Below are positions 16,713-24,878 of a DNA stretch of 30,750 nt, one piece after another (the first letter of the stretch is position 1; each line of letters begins with the position of its first letter). This DNA is from Gemmatimonadaceae bacterium (GTDB lineage Bacteria > Gemmatimonadota > Gemmatimonadetes > Gemmatimonadales > Gemmatimonadaceae). The position numbers and the translations under genes are program-made. Location: NCBI GenBank assembly GCA_014379705.1, contig JACMLI010000420.1, positions 1 through 30,750 of the forward strand, read 5' to 3'. Under the pieces are notes generated by a model. It was not told the origin of the DNA. It did no database searches and was given only the letters and a program-made list of their open reading frames with translations.

Positions 16713-18950
16713 ATGCAAAGAATCGAAAAGACCTTCGCGGGCCGCCCTCTGTCAATCGAAACGGGTCGGATGGCCAAGCAGGCCGCGGGGTCGGCGCTCG
16801 TGAAGTTCGGGGACACCATGGTCCTCGCTGCGGTCACCGTCAGCGACAACCAGAGCAACCTTCCTTTCTTCCCGCTCCTCGTCGAATACCGCGAGAAGAC
16901 GTACGCAGCGGGCAAGATCCCCGGTGGCTTCATCAAGCGTGAAGGTCGGCCGCACGATCATGAGATTCTCTCGGCACGCATCATCGATCGCTCGATCCGG
17001 CCGATGTTTCCGGAAGGCTTCAAGAACGAGGTGCAGGTCTACATCTACGTGATCTCGGCCGACCAGGAGAACGACGCCGACGTCCTCGGCCTCCTCGCCG
17101 CGTCGTTCGCCCTCAATGCCTCCAAGATTCCCTTCGCCACCCCGCTCGCCGGCGTCCGCGTCGGCCGCGTGCAGGAGAAGTGGATCCTCAACCCCACGTT
17201 CCAGCAGCTCGAATACAGCGACCTCGAGATCGTCGTTGCCGGCACGGCCGACTCGATCCTGATGGTCGAGGGCGGCGCGAATGAAGTGACCGAGGCCGAT
17301 GCGCTCGAGGCCCTCACCATCGGACACGCCGGCATCAAGGAACTCATCGGCTACCAGAACGAGCTGCTCGCCAAGGGCCGCACGGACAAGATGGAGTGGT
17401 CGAAGACTCCGGTGGCCGACGAGATCCTCGCGGCCGTGAAGAAGGAAGCCGAGGCCCGCATCGCGACGGCGCTCAACCAGAAGGACAAGGCCACGCGCGT
17501 GCAGGCGATCGAGAAGGTCAAGAAGGACGCGAAGGCCACGCTGGTCGCCGCCAACCCGGACTGGGCCCCCTTCGTCGGCTCCGTGCTCGATGACCTCGAG
17601 TATGTCGCCCTCCGCTCGCAGGTGCTCGACACGAAGAAGCGCGTCGACGGCCGCTCGTCGACCGAGGTGCGCGGAATTTCCATCGATACCGCTGTCCTGC
17701 CACGCGCACATGGCTCGGCGCTCTTCACGCGCGGCCAGACGCAGGCCCTCGTCGCCTGTACGCTAGGCACGGCCGCCGATGTCCAGCGCCTCGACTCGAT
17801 CCACGAGTCCGGGGAGTCGACGCAGTCGTTCATGCTCCACTACAACTTCCCGCCGTTCTCCACCGGTGAAGTGCGCCCGATGCGCGGCACCTCGCGCCGC
17901 GAGATCGGCCACGGCAACCTCGCCGAGCGGGCCCTGCAGGCTGTGCTCCCCGACTTCCAGGACTTCCCGTATACGATCCGCATCGTGTCCGACGTGCTCG
18001 AGTCCAACGGGTCGTCGTCCATGGCGTCGGTCTGCGGGGGTTCCCTGGCCTTGTTCGATGCCGGCGTGCCCACAAAGGCTGCGGTGGCCGGCGTGGCGAT
18101 GGGCCTGATCAAGGAAGGCGACAAGTACGCGATCCTGACCGACATCCTCGGCACCGAAGACCACCTCGGCGACATGGACTTCAAGGTCGCGGGGACCGAA
18201 AACGGGATCACCTCGATCCAGATGGACATCAAGATCCAGGGCCTCGACCTCGACATCATGCGCGAGGCGCTGGCACAGGCGCGCGAAGGCCGCCTGCACA
18301 TTCTCGGCGAGATGAAGAAGGCGTTGAGCGCTCCGAACGCGGACCTCTCGGCGTACGCCCCGCGCATCATCACGCTCAGCATCAACCCCGAAAAGATCGG
18401 CGACCTGATCGGACCCAAGGGCAAGACGATCCGCGGGATCCAGGAAGAGACGGGTGCCGAGCTCACGGTGGACGATTCGGGCCTCGTCACGATCGCGGCC
18501 GTCGGCGGCGAAGCGATGGAACGTGCTCGCCAGATGGTGCAGGCCATCACGGCCGAGCCGATCGTCGGTGAGACCTACGAAGGTGCGGTCAAGAGCATCA
18601 CGGCGTTCGGCGCGTTCATCGAGATCATGCCGGGCACCGAGGGCCTCCTCCACATCTCCGAGATGCGGCACACCCGCGTCGAGAAGACCGAGGATGTCGT
18701 CAAGAAGGGCGAGCGCGTCACGGTGAAGCTCATCGACCGTGATGAGCGCGGCCGCCTGCGCTTGTCCATGAAGGCGCTGCAGCCAAAGCCCGAAGGCATG
18801 ACCGAGGCCGAAGCGAACGCACCTGCGGGCGAGGGTGGCGCGAGTGAAGGTGCGTCCAACGGAGAAGGGTCCGAGGAACGCGAGCGCCGTCCGCGTCGCG
18901 AAGGTGGTGATCGCGGCGGACGCAGTGGCGGTGGGCGTGGGCGGAGGTGA
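16713..18950 (+). CDS. pnp: Polyribonucleotide nucleotidyltransferase (PNPase)
   Basis: IETGRMAKQA.GS, FFPL.V.Y.EK.YAAGKIPGGF.KREGRP, LPRAHGSALFTRGQTQ, FMLHYNFPPFSTGE, ESNGSSSMASVCG, GDMDFKVAGT; KH and S1 domains. Confidence 0.99.
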   Translation: MQRIEKTFAGRPLSIETGRMAKQAAGSALVKFGDTMVLAAVTVSDNQSNLPFFPLLVEYREKTYAAGKIPGGFIKREGRPHDHEILSARIIDRSIRPMFPEGFKNEVQVYIYVISADQENDADVLGLLAASFALNASKIPFATPLAGVRVGRVQEKWILNPTFQQLEYSDLEIVVAGTADSILMVEGGANEVTEADALEALTIGHAGIKELIGYQNELLAKGRTDKMEWSKTPVADEILAAVKKEAEARIATALNQKDKATRVQAIEKVKKDAKATLVAANPDWAPFVGSVLDDLEYVALRSQVLDTKKRVDGRSSTEVRGISIDTAVLPRAHGSALFTRGQTQALVACTLGTAADVQRLDSIHESGESTQSFMLHYNFPPFSTGEVRPMRGTSRREIGHGNLAERALQAVLPDFQDFPYTIRIVSDVLESNGSSSMASVCGGSLALFDAGVPTKAAVAGVAMGLIKEGDKYAILTDILGTEDHLGDMDFKVAGTENGITSIQMDIKIQGLDLDIMREALAQAREGRLHILGEMKKALSAPNADLSAYAPRIITLSINPEKIGDLIGPKGKTIRGIQEETGAELTVDDSGLVTIAAVGGEAMERARQMVQAITAEPIVGETYEGAVKSITAFGAFIEIMPGTEGLLHISEMRHTRVEKTEDVVKKGERVTVKLIDRDERGRLRLSMKALQPKPEGMTEAEANAPAGEGGASEGASNGEGSEERERRPRREGGDRGGRSGGGRGRR

Positions 18951-20233
18951 TCGTCCAGTCTTCCTCCGTGCTGTCCGCGGGTGACCTGACCGGGCTGCAC
19001 CGCACGACCCTGCCCAATGGGCTGACGGTCGTGTCGGAATACATGCCGCATGTCCGGTCCGTCGCACTCGGTGCCTGGGTACGGTCGGCATCGATGCACG
19101 AGGTACGTGAGCAGATGGGCGTGTCCCACATGCTCGAGCACCTCGTGTTCAAGGGCTCCCAGCGTCGCACGGCGCGGGAGCTCGCCCTCGCCCTCGAGGC
19201 GCTGGGTGGCTCGCTCGACGCGTACACGTCGCGCGAGCACACCGCCTTCCAGGCTCGCGTGCTCGACGAGCACCTGCCCCAGGCGGCTGACGTGATGGCC
19301 GACCTCATGTTCGCGCCCCTGTTGCGCGACAGCGACCTGGAACTCGAGCGGAAGGTCGTGCTCGAGGAGATCGCGATGGTCGAGGATGCGCCCGATGACA
19401 TCGTCTTCGAGCTGCATAACGAGTTGATGTGGGGAGCGCATCCCCTGGGGTACTCGATCCTCGGGACCCGGGGCACGGTCGGGGCGATGCGCCTCGACGA
19501 CATCCGGGCCCTGCATGCGCGCGCGTACCGCCCGGAACAGATCGTGGTCTCCGCCGCGGGGCACGTGGAGCACGAGGCGCTGGTGGACGTGTTGCTGCGC
19601 ACCGGTTGGGGCGACGTGCCGCGGGGAGACGTCCCGGCTCCGGTTGCCCCTCCCACGGGGACATACGTCACGGCCCGCCGGCAGGTGGAGCGCGACACCG
19701 CCCAGAGTCATGTGGTGATGGGGGCCCCGGCTTTCCCGTACGGCGACGATCGTCGGTATGCCCTGACGCTGCTCACGTCCGTGCTTGGCGGCGGGATGAG
19801 CTCGCGCCTGTTCCAGCGCATTCGCGAAGAGAAGGGGCTCGCGTATTCGATCTACGCGTTCCACCACCACTACTCCGGGGCCGGGATGCACGGCGTCTAT
19901 CTCGCCACGTCCCCGGAACAGGTCCCCGAAGCCATCGCCTCGGTGAATCGCGAGCTCGCCGACGTGGTGGCCCGCGGCCTGCCCGACGACGAGCTGCAGA
20001 TGGGCAAGTCCCAGCTCAAGGGACAAATCACGCTCTCACTGGAGAGTCCGGGTGCGCGGCTGTATCGTGCCGCGGCCACGGAACTCTACGGGGAGCCGTT
20101 TCGTCCGCTCGACGAGGTGTTGGCCCTCGTCGATGCGATCACGGACGCGGAAGTGGCCGGCGTGGCGCGCGAGTTCTTCGCCCCCGACGCCATGACCATC
20201 CTTACCCTGGGCCCCTCGGGTCCCAGCGACTGA
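18947..20233 (+). CDS. M16 family (pitrilysin/insulinase-like) zinc peptidase
   Basis: Inverted zinc motif HMLEH in GVSHMLEHLVFKG, NAYTS-like DAYTSREHT, VLGGGMSSRLFQRIREEKGLAYSI; GTGA overlap with pnp. Confidence 0.95.
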   Translation: MIVQSSSVLSAGDLTGLHRTTLPNGLTVVSEYMPHVRSVALGAWVRSASMHEVREQMGVSHMLEHLVFKGSQRRTARELALALEALGGSLDAYTSREHTAFQARVLDEHLPQAADVMADLMFAPLLRDSDLELERKVVLEEIAMVEDAPDDIVFELHNELMWGAHPLGYSILGTRGTVGAMRLDDIRALHARAYRPEQIVVSAAGHVEHEALVDVLLRTGWGDVPRGDVPAPVAPPTGTYVTARRQVERDTAQSHVVMGAPAFPYGDDRRYALTLLTSVLGGGMSSRLFQRIREEKGLAYSIYAFHHHYSGAGMHGVYLATSPEQVPEAIASVNRELADVVARGLPDDELQMGKSQLKGQITLSLESPGARLYRAAATELYGEPFRPLDEVLALVDAITDAEVAGVAREFFAPDAMTILTLGPSGPSD

Positions 20234-20257
20234 TTCCACCACCCGGACCTAACGAAC

Positions 20258-21373
20258 ATGCGCATCGGCGTACCGAAGGAGATCAAGACCAACGAGAACC
20301 GCATCGCCCTCGTCCCGGCGGGCGCCGAGGCCCTCGTGGCAGCGGGCCACCAGGTGGTGGTCGAGAAGGGCGGCGGTGATGGGAGTGGGTTCACCGACCA
20401 GGATTACATCTCGGTCGGCGCGTCCGTCGAGCCAAGCGTGGACGCGGTATGGGCCGGCGCAGACATGATCATCAAGGTGAAGGAGCCGATCGGGGTCGAG
20501 TGGCCCCGGATGAAGCGTGGCCAGGTGGTCTTCACGTACTTCCACTTCGCCGCCGATGAGCAGCTGACGCGCGCACACATGGCATCGGGCGCGACGTGCA
20601 TCGCATACGAGACGGTGGAACTCCCGCCGAGCGACCTGCCGCTGTTGATCCCGATGTCGGAAGTCGCCGGACGGATGGCGGTGCAGGAAGGGGCCAAGTA
20701 CCTGGAGAAGCTCTACGGCGGCCGTGGCGTGCTCCTCGGTGGCGTTCCGGGTGTCGCACCGGCCAAGGTCGTGATCCTTGGCGGCGGCATCGTCGGCATC
20801 AACGCCGCGAAGATGGCGGCGGGCATGGGCGCCAAGGTCGTGATCCTCGACATCTCGCTCGACCGCCTGCGCTACCTCTCGGACGTGATGCCCGCGAACG
20901 TTCAGCTGATCTACTCCAATCGCCACAACATCCTGGAGCAGATCGCGACGGCGGACCTGGTGGTGGGCGGCGTGCTGATCCCGGGCGCGAAGGCCCCGCG
21001 GCTGATCCGGCGCGAGGACCTCAAGCGGATGCAACCGGGCTCGGTGATCGTGGACGTGGCGATCGACCAGGGCGGGTGCGTGGAGACGATCAAGGCGACG
21101 ACGCACGAGAACCCGACGTACGTGGTCGATGGCGTGATCCACTATGGCGTGGCGAACATGCCGGGCGGCGTGCCGCGCACGTCGACGCTCGCCCTGACCA
21201 ACGCGACGCTGCCGTACGCGATGCAGCTGGCCAACAAGGGCTGGAAGCAGGCGCTGCGCGACAACCCGGCGCTGCTCAAGGGCCTGAACATGTTCGACGG
21301 CAAGGTGACGTATCCGGGCGTGGCGGAGGCGTTCGGGATGGAGTATCACGAGCCGGCGCAGTTCCTCGCGTAG
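20258..21373 (+). CDS. ald: Alanine dehydrogenase
   Basis: MRIGVPKEIKTNENRIAL.P, IKVKEP, LFTY-like VFTYFHFAA, PMSEVAGR, GGGIVG.NAAKMA.GMGA, VDVAIDQGGC, HYGVANMPG. Confidence 0.98.
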   Translation: MRIGVPKEIKTNENRIALVPAGAEALVAAGHQVVVEKGGGDGSGFTDQDYISVGASVEPSVDAVWAGADMIIKVKEPIGVEWPRMKRGQVVFTYFHFAADEQLTRAHMASGATCIAYETVELPPSDLPLLIPMSEVAGRMAVQEGAKYLEKLYGGRGVLLGGVPGVAPAKVVILGGGIVGINAAKMAAGMGAKVVILDISLDRLRYLSDVMPANVQLIYSNRHNILEQIATADLVVGGVLIPGAKAPRLIRREDLKRMQPGSVIVDVAIDQGGCVETIKATTHENPTYVVDGVIHYGVANMPGGVPRTSTLALTNATLPYAMQLANKGWKQALRDNPALLKGLNMFDGKVTYPGVAEAFGMEYHEPAQFLA

Positions 21374-21544
21374 GGCGGGCGCACGGGGCAAGTGAGGCGT
21401 GTGGGGCGTGTAAGGCGTGGCGCGCGGGGCCTTCTGCTCGGCGCGCCGCTGCGTTGATGCAGTCCTCGTGTTGACCTGCCTGACCGCAAGGCCCCTCGGG
21501 CACCCCGTACGTCTCACACGCCCTATACGCCTCACACGCCCTCA
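21370..21544. repeat. Inverted pair of 9-bp degenerate tandem repeats (element C)
   Basis: Left arm GTAGGGCGG..GTGAGGCGT GTGGGGCGT GTAAGGCGT (21370-21418). Right arm ACGTCTCAC ACGCCCTAT ACGCCTCAC ACGCCCTCA (21509-21544). Inner pair GGGGCCTT (21426-21433) / AAGGCCCC (21488-21495). Confidence 0.9.
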
Positions 21545-21549
21545 GACAC

Positions 21550-21996
21550 ATGACCGTCCAGATCCTCCGCCTCCCCACCAACCCCGATCTTCCGCTCCCG
21601 GCCCGTCAAACCGCCCATTCCGCCGGCTACGACGTGTGCAGCGCGGAGCCCGACTTCACGCTGGCACCTAACGAGCGGCGCGCGGTGCCGACGGGCTTCG
21701 CGTTTGCGTTGCCCGCGGGGTTGGAGATGCAGGTGCGGCCGCGCTCCGGGCTCGCGCTCAAGCACGGCATCAGCGTGCCCAATGCGCCGGGCACCATCGA
21801 TCCGGACTATCGCGGGGAGCTCAAGGTGATCCTCATGAACCTCGGGGCCGAGCCGGTGCTCGTTAGGCGCGGGGATCGGATCGCCCAGCTCGTCTTCGCC
21901 CGCTTCGAAACCCCCGACCTCGCCGAGTCCGGGAGCCTCGACGCCACCGATCGCGGCGCGGGGGGCTTCGGCAGCACCGGCCTGCGGACATCCTGA
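21550..21996 (+). CDS. dut: dUTP diphosphatase
   Basis: [44 protein letters not shown] (dUTPase motifs 1-5). Confidence 0.98.
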   Translation: MTVQILRLPTNPDLPLPARQTAHSAGYDVCSAEPDFTLAPNERRAVPTGFAFALPAGLEMQVRPRSGLALKHGISVPNAPGTIDPDYRGELKVILMNLGAEPVLVRRGDRIAQLVFARFETPDLAESGSLDATDRGAGGFGSTGLRTS

Positions 21997-22158
21997 CCGA
22001 GCCTGCAGCGCACCCCTGAACGGTTAGCAGGCTGGCCGTTCGGTCATGACGACGGGCTCTACCGTGAGACTTTTTGACTCACCAGTCGTCTTCCATATGC
22101 GCACGAGGTCGCCCCGCGTGAAGTCGACCGAGCGCCTAGGTTGTGATTTGGCAACGCC

Positions 22159-22187
22159 TTGCACCACGTCATGTGCAGTGCTAGCTT
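22159..22187 (+). promoter_or_regulatory. Candidate sigma70 promoter for the mre-mrd operon
   Basis: TTGCAC (22159-22164), 17 bp spacer, TAGCTT (22182-22187) with an extended -10 TG at 22179-22180. Confidence 0.5.
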
Positions 22188-22254
22188 CGAGGCGATTGAC
22201 CCCGGCACGCTCTCAACTCACCGGCGCTTCACGAGCGCCAGGGTGTTCAAATAC

Positions 22255-23292
22255 ATGCGTTGGCCCTTTCCCAAGGGTGGCAAGCTCTTTCCCGCGAATG
22301 CAATCGCCGTTGATCTTGGCACGGCGAACACCCTGATCTACGTGAAGGGAGAAGGCATCGTCCTGAACGAGCCTTCCGTCGTCGCCCTGGATCGCGAGAC
22401 GAAGAAGGTGAAGGGCGTCGGGCTCGAGGCAAAGCGGATGCTGGGTCGCACTCCCGATGGCATCATCGCCGTCCGGCCCATGAAGGACGGCGTCATCGCC
22501 GACTTCGACGTCACCGAGAAGATGCTCCGGTACTTCCTGGAGCTGATCATCAAGAACCGGATGTTCAAGATCAAGCCGCGCGTGATCGTCTGCGTGCCGT
22601 CCGGGATCACCGAGGTCGAACGGCGCGCCGTGCGCGACTCCGCCCTCGGCGCGGGCGCCAAGGAAGTCTTCATGGTCGCCGAGCCCATGGCGGCGGCCAT
22701 TGGCGTCGGTTTGCCGATCGAGACGCCGACCGGGAACATGGTCATCGACATCGGCGGCGGCACCACCGAGATCGCCGTCATCGCGCTCTCGGGCATTGTC
22801 TCCGACACGTCGATCCGCACCGCGGGCGATGAGCTCGACACGGCGATCGTGCAGTTCATGCGCAAGAACTACAATCTCCTCATCGGCGAGCCGACGGCGG
22901 AGCAGATCAAGATCCATGTCGGCTCGGCGGCGCCGCTCGCCGAAGAGCGGGAGATGGACGTGAAGGGACGCGACCTCGTGTCGGGCATCCCGAAGATCGT
23001 GCACATCCACTCCACGGAGATCCGCGAGGCGATCCAGGAGCCGATCCAGCAGATCGTGGACGCCGTTCGTCGCGCCCTCGAAATCACCCCGCCTGAGCTC
23101 GCGAGCGACATTGTCGACCGCGGCATCGTCATGACGGGGGGCGGAGCCCTGATCCGTGGCCTCGACGTGATCCTGCAGCACGAGACCGGCCTTCCGATTC
23201 ACGTCGACGAGGATCCGCTCACCTGCGTCGTGCGCGGCGTCGGGCGCATCCTGGACGACGAACAGAAGTACTTCTCCGTCCTTTCTTCCTGA
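22255..23292 (+). CDS. mreB: Rod shape-determining protein MreB
   Basis: [65 protein letters not shown]. The start is ATG 22255 or GTG 22243, not 22159. Confidence 0.99.
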   Translation: MRWPFPKGGKLFPANAIAVDLGTANTLIYVKGEGIVLNEPSVVALDRETKKVKGVGLEAKRMLGRTPDGIIAVRPMKDGVIADFDVTEKMLRYFLELIIKNRMFKIKPRVIVCVPSGITEVERRAVRDSALGAGAKEVFMVAEPMAAAIGVGLPIETPTGNMVIDIGGGTTEIAVIALSGIVSDTSIRTAGDELDTAIVQFMRKNYNLLIGEPTAEQIKIHVGSAAPLAEEREMDVKGRDLVSGIPKIVHIHSTEIREAIQEPIQQIVDAVRRALEITPPELASDIVDRGIVMTGGGALIRGLDVILQHETGLPIHVDEDPLTCVVRGVGRILDDEQKYFSVLSS

Positions 23293-23301
23293 CCGCGGCG
23301 T

Positions 23302-24393
23302 ATGGCGCGTCCGGCACGGGCGAGCTCACGGGTCGACGCGGCGCTGCTGGTCGCCTGCACCCTGCTCGCCCTCCTCGCCATCGTCCTTCCCACGCCGACG
23401 CGGGACGCGATTGCCGGGGTTCTCCAGCGCACCTTCGCCGCCCCGGTTTTCGCGCTGCAGCTGCGGAGCGAACGGGCGCGCACCGCGCTGGCGGAACGTG
23501 AGCAGGTCGCGGCGCGCGTGGATTCCCTCGCGCTCCGCGTCGTCCAGCTGGGGCAGCTCGAAGCCGAGAACCTGCGGCTCCGCCAGCTCCTTGCTCTGGG
23601 CCACCGGGTGCAGCGCGGGTTCGTGCCGGCCGAAGGGCTGCATGGGCAGGGGATCGGCGAGAGCCATGCGCTCCTCCTGACCGTCGGCGCGAAGGCTGGC
23701 GTGGTCCCGCGCTCCGCGGTCGTGGCCCCGCAAGGCGTCGTTGGACTCGTCACGTCGGTCGGCAACACCACCAGCCAGGCGATCCTGTGGTCGCACCCCG
23801 ACTTTCGCGTCTCCGCCATGTCGGCCGATGGCGCCACGTTCGGCATCGTCACGCCGCACCTGAGTGGCAACGACGAGGCCTGCCGCGGGGCAGGGGAAGC
23901 GGCCTGCGCGGGTCCGGAGCGCATGCTCCTCGAGATGCGTGGAGTGGCCTTTCGCGATCCCCTCAAGCCGGGAACGCTGATCGCCTCGTCAGGCCTCGGC
24001 GGCGTGTTCCCACGCGGCATCCTGATTGGCACCGTGATCGGTGAACTCAAGACGACGGAGCAGTGGTCGCGCACGTACCTCCTCCGTCCATCGGTGCGCC
24101 CCCAGGACGTGTCGAACGTCATGGTGCTGTCACCCGTCCTTGTCACCGACAACCTCGCCGGCATGTGGGACACGGCGGGCGCGGGCGCGGCTGTCGTCGC
24201 GCGGGTCGTGGCGGCGGGTGACTCCCTGGCTCGTCGAGCCACCGCGGATTCCGCGGCCAGGCAGCGGGTGATTGACTCAACGGCCGCGGCACGTCTCGCC
24301 GCCGACAGTGTCGCCGCCGCTGCTGGGGTTGCCCCCCGTGACACGACGCGTGTCGCACCCGGAGTGCGGCGCGACACCGCCCGCCGCCCATGA
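23302..24393 (+). CDS. mreC: Rod shape-determining protein MreC with a low-complexity C-terminal tail
   Basis: Position after mreB; N-terminal TM, coiled coil (LEAENLRLRQLL), VV...GVVG.V, G.LIASSGLGGVFPRGILIG.V. Confidence 0.95.
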   Translation: MARPARASSRVDAALLVACTLLALLAIVLPTPTRDAIAGVLQRTFAAPVFALQLRSERARTALAEREQVAARVDSLALRVVQLGQLEAENLRLRQLLALGHRVQRGFVPAEGLHGQGIGESHALLLTVGAKAGVVPRSAVVAPQGVVGLVTSVGNTTSQAILWSHPDFRVSAMSADGATFGIVTPHLSGNDEACRGAGEAACAGPERMLLEMRGVAFRDPLKPGTLIASSGLGGVFPRGILIGTVIGELKTTEQWSRTYLLRPSVRPQDVSNVMVLSPVLVTDNLAGMWDTAGAGAAVVARVVAAGDSLARRATADSAARQRVIDSTAAARLAADSVAAAAGVAPRDTTRVAPGVRRDTARRP

Positions 24394-24878
24394 GTTGGCA
24401 GAAAGTAGCGCGCACGGCGCTGCTCTTCGCTTTCCTCGTCGCGCTGCACTTTACCGTGCGGCCGCTGCTTTCGTGGCGGTCCCAGCCGGATTTCCTCATC
24501 GTGGCGATCCTGCTGGCCGCAGTTCGGGTGCGTCCCGGCGTCGCCGCGCTGCTCGGGTTCGGTACGGGGCTCCTGGCCGACGCGCTGGCCCCGGCCACCT
24601 TCGGCGTGACGGCATTTGCGCTCTCGGTCATCGGCTTCACTGCGTCGTGGCTCAAGGCGGTATTCTTCTCTGACAACGTCGCGTTGCACGCCTTCTTCTT
24701 TTTCGTGGGGAAGTGGGCGTTCGACGTCCTGTTCATCCTGCTCGAGCGGCAACGCACGTTCCTCGAGATGGCCGCGCAGGTGGCGTTGTGGTCCCCCCTC
24801 TCGGCGGCGCAGACCGCGCTGGTCGGGCTGGTGGTGCTGATGCTCTTCCGCGGCATGCTGGAGGCGAACCAGACATGA
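24390..24878 (+). CDS. mreD: Rod shape-determining protein MreD
   Basis: Hydrophobic 162 aa with PDFL and GF..GLLADAL; lies between mreC and mrdA with ATGA overlaps. Confidence 0.92.
   Translation: MSWQKVARTALLFAFLVALHFTVRPLLSWRSQPDFLIVAILLAAVRVRPGVAALLGFGTGLLADALAPATFGVTAFALSVIGFTASWLKAVFFSDNVALHAFFFFVGKWAFDVLFILLERQRTFLEMAAQVALWSPLSAAQTALVGLVVLMLFRGMLEANQT

Noticed and set aside
18947-20233. pnp-M16 peptidase adjacency as a novel system
   Set aside because: This linkage is already familiar from Bacillota and Actinomycetota.
21666-21868. ACCTAAC ... GTTAGGC as an integron attC site (RYYYAAC...GTTRRRY)
   Set aside because: The sites are about 200 bp apart inside dut, with no intervening dyad, integrase or cassette array. 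The motif is treated as a dispersed signal instead.
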